Origin: Eledone cirrhosa
Lineage: Eukaryota
Direction of reading: 5' to 3'
NCBI GenBank assembly: GCA_964016885.1
Contig: OZ024742.1
Coordinates: 302,808,001-302,872,000 of the forward strand
Length of the DNA: 64,000 nucleotides
The notes beneath the pieces are model-generated. The model did no database searches, had not been told where the DNA came from, and saw only the letters and a list, made by a program, of their open reading frames with translations. Numbering within the stretch: position 1 is the first letter of the stretch; every line of letters starts with the position of its first letter. Made by a program: the position numbers and the translations under genes. Positions 38,763-53,330 of the stretch are shown one piece after another.

Positions 38763-40888
38763 GAAAAGAATTGTATTGCTACCCTGGCAGCCAACTCTAA
38801 TGCTATGTAATGTTTTCATGTCGAACAGATAGGGTTAGAAGTAAAGTGTTAGGCGGAATGGGCCTTCGTCGGTTTTCATGATGAGTATAAGTGGCTGATT
38901 ATTCCACAGACACGTGTACTCTTAAGTCTAGTCTAAGGGAGATTCAGTGTGATACAATTTGGGTCTTTTGGGCTACCGGTACAGTCCATTTCACGGTATT
39001 CCACAGACACATGTACTCTTAAGTCTATTCTCAGGGAGATTCAGCGTGACAGAGTATGGATCTTTTAGGCTACAGGTACAGTCCATTTGACAGTCTTCCA
39101 AACAGTCTCTGTCTACCCAATTTCACTTAATTGACGTCGCTGATATACTATTGTTTTATTGTTGCTTTTATAGTAGTACTAGTAATATGGTAGTAGTAGT
39201 AGAACTACCACCACCACCACCACCACCACCACCGCTACTACTACTACTACTACTAGCAGCAGCAGCTGATATTGCTGTAGTAGTAGTGGTGTTGGTAGAT
39301 GGTGGTTGGTTTTGTGTGATCTTAATAATATGAACGGACAGTAGTGGTGAAGTAGCTATGGTGATTGAATAGTTTACGGAATGTTGGTAGTGGAGGGGCT
39401 GGGGTGCTTGGGGTGGCAGGGGTGATGATGATGATGATGATGATGATAGTGGTGATGATGGTGATAGTATGAAGATGGTGGTGGGTAATATGAGAGATCA
39501 TAGTGGTGAGAATGCCGCGATAATAATAGTAGAAATCAGATCACAGTTTAGTACCGTATTTCCCGGCGCTGAAGACGTTTCGTCCTCGAGGACGCACCCT
39601 AATTTTGACAACCAAAAATTTGAAAAAAAAAAAAAATTTTTTTCTATTTTAGGCGCAAGGCCAGCAATTACCCAGTACATTACTGGTACTTTATTTTATC
39701 GACCCCCGTAAGGATGAAAGGCAAAGTTAACAATAATAAACAACCTTCGGCCTCCAGGACGCATTGTAGGTTTTTGAGACTTATTTTAGGATTTAAAGGT
39801 AATTTGACTAACCGCTTCCTTTTCATGCCGGTCAACATTGAGACCTCTGCTGACCTCAGTCACCAAACTGCCGTTTTCCTCAGCAAAATCGGAATGGCTG
39901 CATCCCATCTGAGAAAGAAGCCTTCTGAAATTGAATGGCTGATGCAGCGAGTGTTGCTGGTTGTTCCGCACAGCATTGACTTTAATATTTTGTCCACGGG
40001 GCGCAGCTGAGTTATATCTCTAAGATTGAGATGTAGAATCCGTCGCTCCCGCTTTATGTTCAATTACTTTCGCTATTTATTGTTTCTTTATCATTTTCGT
40101 TATTTTTTAAATATACAAACATGACTGAATGATAGATTTCATTGTTTTATTTTTAAATAAACGAACTTAAGTATTAAAAAGAAAAAGTGTTATTGACATA
40201 GTATTAAGTGTTAGTTGTGGCGATGACAATGACGAAGAGAGAATATAATAAAGATGGGGAAGAATAACTGAAGGAGAAGAAGAAACCCCTGAAACACAAG
40301 GAGGGGAAGAAGGAAAAGGGAGAGATTAAGAAGTAGCAGAGGTAAAGTAGGAATATAGCCATTAGAAAAAGCTGACACAATGGGATAGAAGTGTGATTGA
40401 ATGTAGTATAGGTTGAGCAGCAGACGACGTGTCACTTGTGAAATAACATGGGTATGAAACATGGGTTCTGATATTTATGACCAGCAAAATATTCCATCTT
40501 GTAACAGTTGCTTCATTTGACATCTTGTGAGAATAATAGGACAAAATATCATGGCGTGATATTTACATTTCTAGCTTGACGGTAGTTAAGAGGTAAAGAG
40601 TTAAGTCACCTCAAATACATAAATAAATAAACAAACAAACAAATAAGTAAATAAATAGATAAATGAATAAAAAAAATAATAAACCAGAAAGCATTGTGAG
40701 AAATGCTTACTTTTATGCTATAAACAAAACATCGTCCCCACCTCAGGTGTTTGACAGGGCACATATGGTTTTCTGTAAGGTTAAGAGACATTTCAAATTG
40801 TCAAAAATTTTAACATTTAAAGATGATTTATTAAAACACGAGTTGTCATACGAGAGAAGCAAAATAAAAACAATAAAACGAAATATGA

Positions 40889-40924
<36 letters not shown>

Positions 40925-40940
40925 ATATAAATATGCATGG

Positions 40941-41092
<152 letters not shown>

Positions 41093-41100
41093 TCATAATG

Positions 41101-41161
<61 letters not shown>

Positions 41162-41631
41162 TTATATATATATATATATATGAATATATATATATATATA
41201 AACATACATACATACATACATACATATATGTATATATATATATCCATGCATATATATTTAATTGGACGGGTTTAGGAAGTTGTTACAATGCAGATGGAGA
41301 TATAAATATTCAGCCAACAAACTGGGGTGAAGAAACGGAGAGGTGAGGTGGAGTGGAGACGAGGATGAGAAATATTCATTGGCCCAATATCTCACATATA
41401 CCATTCATTGTCAAGGTGGTCACAACGAAACTTCGTTGAATGTCAGAGATGGTGTTGTTATATGTCTGAGTGGCTCGATAGCCACAGAAGGGCTTGAATG
41501 CTTACAATCTCATCTGCATTGTAACGGCTTCTGTATATATATAGAGGTGGAGGTCCAATGTATATCTGGAGGCGAATGCAGTTTAAAAAGGTACTCAGTA
41601 CGTTAGAAGAGGATAGGCATATGTATTGTAT

Positions 41632-41738
41632 TATAGAAATGACCTGTACAGGATGAGAACTGTTTCATTCATAAAAAAAATCATCCTGTTAACGTCTTAC
41701 GAATGAAATAGTTCTAATACTGTCACATCATTTCTATA
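41632..41738. repeat. Small imperfect palindrome / MITE-like element
   Basis: tatagaaatga..agaactgtttcattcataa pairs with ttacgaatgaaatagttct..tcatttctata. Confidence 0.6.
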
Positions 41739-41770
41739 CTATTACTAATACGACTATTACTGCTGCAGCA

Positions 41771-41822
<52 letters not shown>

Positions 41823-41833
41823 ATAATAATAAT

Positions 41834-43198
41834 GATTTAATTTATTGGCCACACGGTCCGACATATAGGGGACAATACAAAAGACTGGACAGTGGGGTTT
41901 TACAGAAAAATCGAGTAAACAATATGAATAACAATAACAAAGTAACAATAACAGAGTAACAATAAAGTAACAAGAAAATTACAACAAGAAAAACATTCCC
42001 CAATAGGGGGGATGACCACCTAGGGTTCGCTCAGTTACTCCACCAGTCCTGAACGACCCGACGCTTCGAGAGCACCCTGGAAGGGCACCCCTCTCCTCCT
42101 CAAATTTACCTACCTACAGCCGCATGACCAGAGTAGGTCCACTCACACGGGCCATTCTCGCCACATTCACCCACCTTTTAGCAAATGTACTGGGGGGCAG
42201 CATTTCTCTCTCCACCCTCACCTTCCTTTCCAAGTGAAACTTGAAAAAGTTGATGAGGGATGGCAGAAGAGAAAAGTGTCTGTCTTCAGTCCTTTCAACC
42301 TCGTCCACCATACAACCCCTTTCGCTACTGCCACCAGACAGAGGAAAATTGCCTGCCCTTCCTGGCCAAAAGAAGGCGGCGGGTCGATCTTCACTAAGGA
42401 CTCGGCCGATAGTCGGATACGTTCTACACGCGACAACAGCTGTTCGACATAACTCCACACGTCAGTAATGCACGGACACTGGACGAGTGTGTGCAGAACG
42501 GTTTCGTCGATCTCCGAACAGGTCCGTCTGACAGCACTTCCGTACCTGTAGTTTATCTCGAGTTTATCTCGAACCAGCAGTGCCACCCGGTAGTGCCCCC
42601 CCCCCCCGGCTCGAAAGTCATCCGGAACAGAATGGTTAGTTCGACTTCGTCGACGCCCAGGGCCTCTCCAGGTGCGTCGTCGCACTTGCCCACCATTAAT
42701 CCTCTATAGAACTCGAGAGTGGAAGTTCCACTGACCGCATTGCCCGCCTGGTAGAGGGCAGTGAGTGCCTGGCAACATTCTAGATGCCAGTCACCCTGTC
42801 TCAGTCTCTTCTTGACTCAGGACTGCAGCTCAGTCAAAGAGACGAGCTGCGGAAAAGGCCCGTCTGACAAACGGCGACCACACCTGTTCACCGTTTAGGC
42901 AGAATATCTGGAGATGCCGCAGCCTCAGCGCGTGTCTGTGCATCATTAGCCACGGCATACCCACCCACCATGTAGATAGACCGCCTCACCAACGGAACCT
43001 GACCCCTACACAAGAATTTGAAGATGAGCCGTTCCAAGTTGGTGAGGCGCGAACAGGGGGCATGGGATGGCGGTAGTAAATGACGGACGCGATGTACGCG
43101 TTCGCCACCTCCGCCTGCCCTTTCAGTGATAGCTTCCTAGCAGCCCATTTCTGGGTGAGACTGGCTACACTACCCGTCTCCTCATCCCAATTCTTATC
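41834..43198 (-). mobile_element. 3' fragment of an L1/Tx1-clade LINE
   Basis: WAARKLSLKGQAEVANAYIASVI, zinc-knuckle remnant CSEIDETVLHTLVQCP..VW, C-terminal FAKRW; AATAAA then (ATT)n/(AGT)n tail. Confidence 0.82.
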
Positions 43199-45329
43199 TA
43201 TATATATATATATTCAATACGCATATTAGAATTTGCACATTTTATTTACACATATAAATTGAAAATATTTCAAATTGTTTGTCGTCTGTTTCACGATACG
43301 GTGGTTTCACCTCTCCACAATTTCTAATGGATGTTCCACTATTTTTTAATATCACAGGTTTATTTTTATATTGTAATTGGCAATTTCTATTTATTCATGA
43401 AATATTTAATCAACTCAATTAAAAACCAAGATGGTGGACATTTCTCCATAGACAAAACAGTGTAATGGGTGTGGTTGTTCTTTATCTCACATTATTCTTC
43501 TACGCATACATTTGCTATGTCTGAACACCATTCGTTAAATGAAAATGCTGAACATTTTAACCTTTGATTAAATACCACACCATAAGAAACTTTACACTGC
43601 ATAGTTTCGTATAACTGAACCAGTTCGGGACGAAGGTAGGGGAAGAAGAATGCTATTTTAAATATACCTATGTTATTATTGTTATTCGAGCGTTTTGCAT
43701 TTCTGTTCAGTTACAAACATTATATTCTCTATGGTGTCATACCATAAAAGTTATTTAATTTTCAATCTCTCATATTAGTCCCATTTACTTCTGTGATACT
43801 TGCAAATATTTCTCACTAAATTAACTTACAACAAAACTGCATAATTTTCTATTTCTTATAATATTCATGCTTGTGATTTCCCAGGAGATAATGAAAATGA
43901 AGATACTGACAACGACTACGATGTCGGTGATCACCGCTTTAAGCACCATAACTATCACCACCATCTTCGCCGCGATTGCTATCACAACTGTCACAACGAA
44001 AAATATAGCGGCATCAACAATAACAAAAATATCAGCATTCCTTCCTCGAGTATATAGGACACATCATCAGTGTTCTTCACACTATCAACAGAAATATTAA
44101 AAGTAATAACAACTACAATATCATTTTCGGTGGGCTATTAAAACATAAATGTAAATAAGTTAAATTTGATTAGTACCATTATATTACTGGTATTCTTTAT
44201 ATCAGTTTCAGGATCATGAAATGTAAGTTTTGAGCTGTAAACAATGAGGTAGCAGACGCGCTTTATTATTTTATTAAGTATACTTCATTAACATTTCAGC
44301 TGTTTTTCTAGCTAACGACCTGAAACATCCTACAAACATTGACCTAACATATAAAAAAAGGAAGTACAGCACAAGTCAATAAAATAAAGTTTATTGCTGG
44401 TATCTTTTTATAACTAGTAAATATGAGCGAATTCTTAATTCTCTGTTATATTAGTATTTTTAAAGTTACTATTGAATTAAAGTTACAATCCATCCAATCG
44501 AATTTTCTACCGATTCCATCTACCGAATTTCATTCAAATCGAGTTGGTAGTCCCAAGATTATGGTGAAATACATTTACTTGTATTTAAAAATATCACGCA
44601 GTAGAACCGAACATGGTATTTCAGGATTGCGAATCAAAATTTGTAACCCTAAGCCAGGTTATCATCCATAGTAAAGACATAAGAACCTTATAATCATAAT
44701 CCTTCCTATGAAAGATTCCCACTTTCTGACGCATCAAGAAATTTGTTATCCCATGAGTTGATATCCTTATCAGAACCGGCCTAATTCCTCGTACAGGGAC
44801 CCAGATTTTTTTTATGCCTTCTAATGAACACGGATGCTTTCTTTGTTTCATGTCAGTTATACGTTGATACGACTCAAGAGGACTCATGGCTTCTTTTGAC
44901 ATATCTATGGTGGTTGAGTAATAAGAAACCCCTACGAGAGGTTTTGGTCAGTTTAGAATTTTAGCGATTTACAATTTACAATGTTGACAACCTCGAGAAA
45001 TCTATTGAAAAATATTCAAGACGTGTCAAATATCTCTCTGAGGTTTCCTTTAAATTTATTGCTGTCATTTCAAATGTAATTAATGTTTTTATACCATTCA
45101 GCTGTAATGGGGATTTTGTTTTAATATATGTTTGCTGTATCACTTCAGACATAACCGGGACAGCATTACTCGACTTGTGTATACATATATATATAGTTGT
45201 TACCTCTCTAAACAACTGATACTAATGTTGGCTTTGCTTTTGAGCGTCTCCTTTACAGATCGATAACATCTATACCAGTTATACATTGTGGGAAATCAAT
45301 ACAAAATGCCCCAAAGATTAATCTGGTAA

Positions 45330-46460
45330 CATGCCACAAGCAAAAGGCATAATTTCAATCATGACTTTTATCTATTTGTATCTTAGATCTTCTCCATTTG
45401 TCTTCCGATCACTACTGGTATGATTAAGGTGGTTGTGTCCCACATACTGGAGATATCAAACTCAAAGACATTATATTTAGAAATTCTTTTTCTGTAAACC
45501 TAACCATCGTAACATGGTTTACTGGTATTGACATACCAATCATCATAGAGATCTAAATAATGTCTATCTTAAGCCATTTAAGGCTAGTTAGGCCGGTGCC
45601 TATCCCGGTTTGATGTCGTGAACGACTGAGAATACAAGACTTCATCCTGGACAGGCCCCCAGTACAATGGAGCAAAATGAAATGAAGTGTTTTGCTCAAG
45701 AACACAACACGAAACCAAGCCCAGGAATCGAACCCACGACACTGTGATCGTACGTCCAACACCCTTACCACTAGGCCACGCGCCTCCATTATCGTGACTT
45801 GGCTGCTTTTAATTATGATGTTTGACCTTGTTTGATTTTCTTATCAGTCTACACTGGCATGACCCTTAGGATGGTAATATTGTTATTCCTGGCAACTGTT
45901 TTTAGTTTGTGGTCATACTATTTGCAGAGATGCAGATGTAATATTCTCTGCAGACTTTGCAGTATAATATGCAACTGTATTTTGTGGCGGTGAATATGTT
46001 AATTTTTGTTAATATTGGGCAGCCGGAGATAATGTGGCCAGTGGTTTCCTCATAGATTCCACATATCCTATACGTTTTGTCTCTGCCTGTGATACATTGG
46101 ATATAAGTCATTGATATACCCGTTGTTGATCAACATTAGTCTCTTGACGTATTCGTTGGCAATTTTCCATGCATAACATATTCTTCACAGTTTTTCCTTA
46201 TTTGTTCGTGGTTTTGCTTTTTATTTTATTTAAGGACATAATTCAGAGATGTATATCTTCAGTTCTTGTAGGAATGTTCTTAACTCTTGCTTATTATCAA
46301 TGAATTTCTAATAACATCAATGTATTGTAGCGGTATCTAACTATGTGGTCTCTTATTGGAGACTCCCCTCGCATTCCGTTACTTTCCTAGAGCTTTGGTG
46401 AATGTTTCAAAGTCAATTGTATACGTTTAACTCTAGATGGAGTCACAACATTCTTTCATC
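45330..46460 (-). mobile_element. Old RLE-LINE (R4/Dong-like) remnant interrupted by a SINE
   Basis: RICGIYEETTGHIISGCPIL zinc-knuckle remnant; boundaries approximate. Confidence 0.55.
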
Positions 46461-46827
46461 ATTGTATTTAAATCATGATTCATTCTGCTTACAATCTTTC
46501 CTTTCATTCGAGATCTTAGAGACGAAAATGATTTAAGATTTTCTGTATGTTCTGGTTTTATAATTTCACAAATTTTTGCCAATAGAGAGAGAAAGTCAAT
46601 TTCTAACATAGATACAAGACTCTCATATTGGAATTTACACAAGATCAACTTGGTAGATATGTATGTATGTCTGCATGCATGCAATTGTGTGCAGGTATGA
46701 ATGTTATGGTATGTGTGGATGTTATTGTATGTATGGGTGTGTATGTTTTGAGTTATATGTGTGCATGTGCATATGCTTTGTATCTGTACAAGTGTATAGG
46801 AAATTATTAGCTGCAGAATTTTTTTTA

Positions 46828-47010
46828 TGTATGTATGTATAATGTATTCGACGTTCAGAGAGTGGCATTGGCCTCGTGCAAAGCTTTTCCGTACTTTGCG
46901 GTGCATGGCATGGATGGCCATAGGCAAATCTCTAGTAGGACTAAAAAACCACGCCACGCTTAAATATCAAGCGATGGCGTTATTCGAATTCGAGTTGCAG
47001 CCATCATGTA
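46828..47010 (+). mobile_element. Short decayed copy of the RTE-derived non-autonomous family
   Basis: cagagagtgg.attggc block, KSLVGLKNH finger remnant, gagttgcagccatcatgtat end; another decayed copy at ~50925-51242(-) between CATA tracts. Confidence 0.6.
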
Positions 47011-49429
47011 TTTAACCATATATGAATAATGAAATAAATAAATAACAAAATATATAATAAATTAAATAGCGAAATTGAAATAATAATGAATATAATGAAT
47101 TAAATTATTAACGTAGTAAACAAAATATGGTTAAATATCGAAATAAATAACGGAATAAATCCGAAATAAATATCGAATTATATGACATAAAAAAGACCCA
47201 AATATGAAACTGATTAAATGTGTCTTTTGAAGGAACATAAATATGGAATTAGAAACAAAATCGACCAAATTTAAATGATTATAACAAAGTCGGTTGCTAT
47301 AAATAAAAATTTAGGCGGCAAATGTGCTAAGTCGTTAGAATGTCGGATAGAATGCATTGTAGCTTTCGTTTTGTCTCTCTACCCTCTGAGTTCAAATTTC
47401 ACCGAGGTCAACTTTGCCTTGTCTTTCATCCATTTAAGTTCGATAAAAAACGTACCAGTCTAGTACTGGGGTCGATTCTTCCGCTATATTCTTTTCTCAC
47501 ATCCAATCTCTCATTATCCCTATCCTCTGGAAGAAATCTGCTGTATTCAGACATGGAGAGGTTTGGGCTACGCCAGGTATTTAAAAAAACCTCCTAGAAA
47601 TGCAGTATGTTAATACAATGCCCTTACAAGATTTTCAGGACCATGCATGCATACATAAATACAAGTTTAGAAAATCGGGTAAAGTATCACCGGAGAGAGG
47701 GGTGCAAGCAAAGAAAGAAATCCGGCTAGCAACTCTATCTACTACGTTCTAATCCACGGTAATTTTCCGGATTTTATCAACTATTAATATTAGTTTCTGA
47801 TTTAGGCACAAAGCCTAGTTTTTATGTATGTTTCGTATCTGATTCTTTTCGTTTCGTTTTCTCACACATCAGTTTTATACTTTATTTACTTGATCTTATT
47901 GTTCAATCAAGTAAATTATAGAGTTACGGCCCTTTATTATCTGAGTTCACATCCCGCCGAGGTTAATTTTGCCTTTCATACTTACGGGGTCGATAAAATA
48001 AAGTACCAGTCACGCACTGGGGTCGATTTAATCGACTTTCTCCTCCCCCAAAATTGCTGGCCTTGTGCCTATATAAGAAACCATTGTTTATTTTTAATGT
48101 TATTGAAAATACTCCTTGTTAATAACTGTTTCTACTTTAGGCACAAGGCCAGCAATTACCCAGTGCATTACTGGTACTTTATTTTATCGACCCCGTAAGG
48201 ATGAAAGGCAAAGTCAACCTCGGCGGGATTTGAACTCAGATCGTAAAGGGACGTAACTATGCTGGCAATCATGGCGTCCGACCCTCTACCGATACTGCCA
48301 ATCCAATCTTCTTGTTAATAACATTACAAGGACACACACAGAAGTATACAGGCAATTAAACCCACCCACACATGCACACGCACGCACACACACACGCGCG
48401 CGCGCGCACCCTCCCACCCCCACACCCCCACACCCACACACACATACGCACACACACACACACCACACTCACACTCGCACATATAACTGCTTGCTTACGT
48501 GTTTGCGTTTGATTGGTATTTGTTTTCTGAATGTGTGTGTGTGTGTATGCGTATGCATCTGTGCGTGATTGTGCAAGTAGGTGCGTTCTTCTTTGTATGA
48601 AGGTATGTGTTTTTATGTTTTGTTTCTTTTTCCTGAATCTGTGTTGGTTTCAATATCCTTTTTGATATCGTTTTTGAAAATAATGTTTAAAGAAATCGCT
48701 CATGTAAATTATAGATGATTATTAATGTGCTTTTACCGTAAATTTCTTGAATTAAAGAGGAATTGCTGGTGGCTCTGGGCGGGAAGAGAGCACCTTCAAT
48801 TACCGAGTATTTACTTCTCCATCAAGGCTAGATCTTTAAAGAAGGAAACAACAAAAATAATAACGTTTTGAATTATTATTACTTTGTCACGCAGTTTTGA
48901 TAGAAAATGCATTGGAGTATTTAGTCCCCCCATAAAGTGTTGCCATGGTGGATTGACAGTATCGGTAGAGCGTCGGACAAATGCTTTGTGGCATAGAGTT
49001 ATGGTTCTTTACGCTCTCAGTTCACATCCTACCGAAGTTAGCTTTGCCTTTCATCCTTACGGGGTCGATAAAGTAAAGCACCAGTTACGTACTGGGGTCG
49101 AATTAATCAACGTTTCCCTTCCCTTCAAGTTACTAGCCTTATGCCAAATGTATAAACAATTATTTCGACTGCATTACATGATGCATCTCCGTCTTCTTGA
49201 CGTGCGTACATCATTGTGTAGGTGTGGGTGTGGGGGTATAGTATCCTCCTGTATCTCACATCAGTCTTGTTCTGTTATGACAATTAGCAAGTTTGGAGCG
49301 CTAGCTTAATATTGCTCCGTTGTGTATTGTATATTCAATGTATATATATATGTTTTGTGTGTTGTGTTGTTTTATTTTATTAGATGCTTATTTTATTGGG
49401 TATTTGCTTCTAAAAATTGTTCCATTTTG

Positions 49430-49920
49430 GCTTTGTTATTGAATCGATAATGTCTTGTGCAGGATGCGAGCTGTTACTAGTAGGACTCTTTTAGTTTTAG
49501 TGATTTGTTTTATGAGCCTTACTATTGCGCCTGTTTTTAGTCATACATTTTCATCATAAATAGTGCTCAAATTGGCCCTGTTTATACTTTCAAATCACTC
49601 ATTTTGCATATTTTCATTTCAAAATTCTTGCATTTTGATAATTTCTCCACTTATTTTCGGGTAATATTCTAGACAGAAGGATTTCAATGTGAATCACAAT
49701 GGATGATTTGTTTCCAGTGTTTGACTGTTATGTCTGGGCGATTTGTATTGATTCCTTTTTCAATTTTGATGGGAATATCCCAGATGGTTATGGCCTGGCT
49801 GTGTTATTTGTACCATATTTGGTAGACGTTTATACCACTTGTTGTCCTTTCTACTTTGACTATACCATAAACAATTTCATTTTATAAATTAATTTCACAA
49901 TCTTTTCACTGATCAAAGCA
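49430..49920 (-). mobile_element. Old RLE-LINE endonuclease remnant
   Basis: Translates TIWDIPIKIEKGINTNRPDITV, homologous to YWWNLKIKTATKLKHNRPDIVV of the 255-2450 ORF. Confidence 0.6.
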
Positions 49921-52229
49921 ACTATTATACATATATTATTATTCATATCAACGAAAGCTGTATAAAATTAAACTGTCTAGATGTGTCTTTTTATCCGAAT
50001 ACCAAATATCGTGACATATAAACGGCACAGGTTTATTAATACTTCTTTGTTTAATACAATTTTTAGTATTCAGATATTAATTTAAATACCCTATGCTTTA
50101 CTGTGAAAGAGGTTTGCACGAAGAAAATATACATAAAATCTAAACGAATTTAAGGAAGAGCCGTATGAAAATCTTTCATGGGATCTACATTATGGATACC
50201 TAACAATATTAGATTTTCTGGGTTTCCTTTAAATTTCCTAATAAATCATTGGTTGAATCAGAAAAGCAATATTCTTTTAATAATACGTATATTAAACCCA
50301 CATTCCTTTCCAGGATTATTAAATACCTAATACACTTTGTTGAGCACTGAATCGCTCAATGTATCATAATATAACGACATCTCAATTGGGCAACAGAAAA
50401 TCTCTAATATATTCAGAAGCAATCCGATCATGAACAATAATAAATAAAATATATTTCACACAACAATCTGAAACAATAAATTTATATAAGCAAAATGAAT
50501 ATATAATTTGCCCCAATGTACTTTAATATAAAGTGTCGTCCCAATGTACTTTAATATAAAGTGTCCATTTTAAGACCTTTTTAGTATACCTAAACAAAAA
50601 GTACAAGGTTTAGCAATGTCTAAAAAATATACAATGTATGTGAATATATCATAAATGACATTATTAATATTAACAACTTTCATAACAGAGAAGGAATTAG
50701 AAGAGAAATAAGTTACTCTAGTGTTAGATAAGTGCTAATATGAGAAAGGAATTTGCAGCGACAAGAAACTATAGCTCCACACAATAGATAAAATCGTCCT
50801 GCTATATCCAACCAATTTCAAATGCAATGAGGTAAGAGGTTTACTAAGGATAATATTTAATTTAACACACTCTCTCTCTACTTATGTCAACAGATTTCAA
50901 TACATACATACATACTTACATACATACATGATGGTTGCAAACTCTGCTAAGATTATTGGAATCGCTTGTCAGATTACAGAAAATGGTGCACCTTTTGGCT
51001 ACGCCCAGCCACACGAACCTATAACAGATCCTGAACAAACAATGCCTGTACTTTGAAGGTTTTTTAAGTGGGGAAAAGCCTTGCAATCGACCAATCCCAC
51101 TCTCTGAGCATCGAAAACATTACCCGAAAAGGAGAACTGGTCAACATCATAGGATGCTTTCGAAGCCGCAGGTTTTTTTTTTCAGAGTTTCTCTCTGTTA
51201 GAAAGTATAAACAAAGTACTATTTAGAGGGCCGTTGACTCTGCATACATACATACAAACATACATAAATACATACATAGATACATACATACATATATACA
51301 TACATACATAGTACTTAAAAGTAATTTCAGTTAGAACCCTTTCGCTATATAATATTTTGTAGGCATTTTTAGCTTGGTCCATTTTGAAGAGGAGTAATAT
51401 GGCCTCTCCAAGAGCCGGAACGCATCGCTACTTGTCTGTCCTTTTTTTCGGTGTCACGGAAGTAGTTATGTGGAGAGGATCCTGTTCTGAACTTCTAGAA
51501 AAACAAAATAAAACAAAAACAAAACAAAAACACCCCAAAACAAGAGGCATGCACCTCGAAATATACCTCTCTTCTATAACCAAGCATTTACATATCCTGT
51601 CTGCCATCGAAGCTGTACATAAATAAATGTGGTATAGAGTTATGAATTGACTAAGATGAGATTATTGTTGATAGACGCGCTTGACAAATATTTGCATGCG
51701 CGCGTGCATGTGTATATGATTGATTGTGTCTGTGGGCGTGCTTTCATGAGTGTTTGTGAGACGACATATATGTTTGTGATGTGTTCATTTGTTTATAAAG
51801 ATAGAGAATTGAAGAACAGAAAATTCTTCACATAAACATTTTCAGTACGATAATAACGCGAAGGTGTAAATATTTAAAGAATTACAATTGATATGATATA
51901 TTGAATATAATCTGTACGGGTGGAAGAAATACATAAAAAACAAACAAAAACGAAATTATATAATAACGCACTAAAACCAACACAAATGCAAATATAACTA
52001 TCAAAGTGTTAGTGCAAGAAGATGTAAATATTACCAAGATAAATGAAATAATCTAGGTAGCCACAGTAGTAATAATGGAAGGTAGGTACTTGCTACTTGC
52101 TAAAATGTACTTTTATGGAAACATGTAAACTCAACCAAACAAAATAAAAAAAACAACATTCATATAAACACGGTTCGAAAACATAAATGAAAAAATACTT
52201 GAAATTCACAACAACGAAAAAACCCGGAT

Positions 52230-53330
52230 GAAATGATGGAGGGAAAAGTATTTCAGAATTATAACATAACAATACAAGAAATACTAGCAACCATAGAACA
52301 ACTGAACCAATTAGGACATTCGACAGAGATTCCTTCGACAAAGGAAATAGTCGAACCACAAATTAAAAGGATTTTACCAAGAACTATATTAAAAGAAAAC
52401 TGAAATCAATGCATCGCTAACAACAGAGAAAAGAAATTGGAGAAGATTTCAGAGAAAAAACTAATCACCACAGACAGGACTGTGAAAAATAACAGGTGCT
52501 CTATCTAAACAATTATGAGAAAAAGTAAAATCACAAAAAATAATTCTAATGTTATAAATAATCAGGTAGCAGTGCTTCCTAACTTTTCGTTAAAATATTT
52601 AAAAAATATATAATGTGCATGCAAAAATATTGAATGAATTTTTGTAAAATCAGAAACAACATTTGAGTGGCACGCCACGGGTTAACCAACGCAATCTCTA
52701 TGACGGTCCCACTAAATATTACATCCTCATAACCTGCCCGTTTAAAGAATACCAGAGGGGATATTGCTAAGCCATATCTTCATAAACATCAATTGATTAT
52801 CAACAGAATTGTTAAAGAAGAAAATGAAACTCTGAGTGTTGGATATCAGAAAACATTTGGCAGTTTTCCGCATAGTTTTAGATACGGGCAACACTAGCGA
52901 CAAGATAGGTAACACGACTTACAAGCACATTTATCAATACATGCTAAGTAATTCCATAAGATGGAAGTGTTAAACAAAAATTATCTCCCTGAGAGATTTT
53001 ATTTTTGCTTACTTTGCGTGACCTAAGACTGCAGCTGCACCAGAGAGATGAACTTCAAATAACATACTAGTTCAACATACAAGGAATCTCTGTATATTAA
53101 TATATCTAACACACATAGCACTACAGATGGAATCTCTAGCCAATGAAACACATGCCTTCCACAAGAAACTAGCTGATAGACAATTTAATCAGGTGAGATG
53201 GAATTAGGGTAAGGCACGACGTTTGGGCCGTGATTAATAACGGAGACATTGCATGTCAATGCTAACTTTCAATTCATAGACAAAACTGAGTAATCGTATC
53301 ATAACCTCGTCCCAGTTCCTATAAATTTAG
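52230..53330 (+). mobile_element. Highly decayed non-LTR RT remnant
   Basis: ggatatcagaaaacatttggcagttttccgcatagt reads YQKTFGSFPHS (compare DYQKAFDSVPH); boundaries approximate. Confidence 0.4.

Noticed and set aside
34251-38832. Long Gly-, Val-, Pro- and His-rich ORFs as genes
   Set aside because: Several frames on both strands are open because of base composition, and the Gly register shifts between frames.
39552-39625. GTCC-tcga-GGAC-GAAAC-GTC resembling half a hammerhead (minus strand)
   Set aside because: No CUGANGA-type core upstream; the context TA|CCGTATTTCCCGGCG looks like a pogo/Tigger-type TIR, itself too weak to list.
41402-41445. CATTCA-TTGTCAA..GAAAC-TTC-GT-TGAATG hammerhead-like pattern
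   Set aside because: A6 mutated, poor stem II and ambiguous cleavage register; could be chance.
50511-50567. 28-bp tandem duplication (another short one at 54306-54352)
   Set aside because: Ordinary slippage-type duplications with no further structure.
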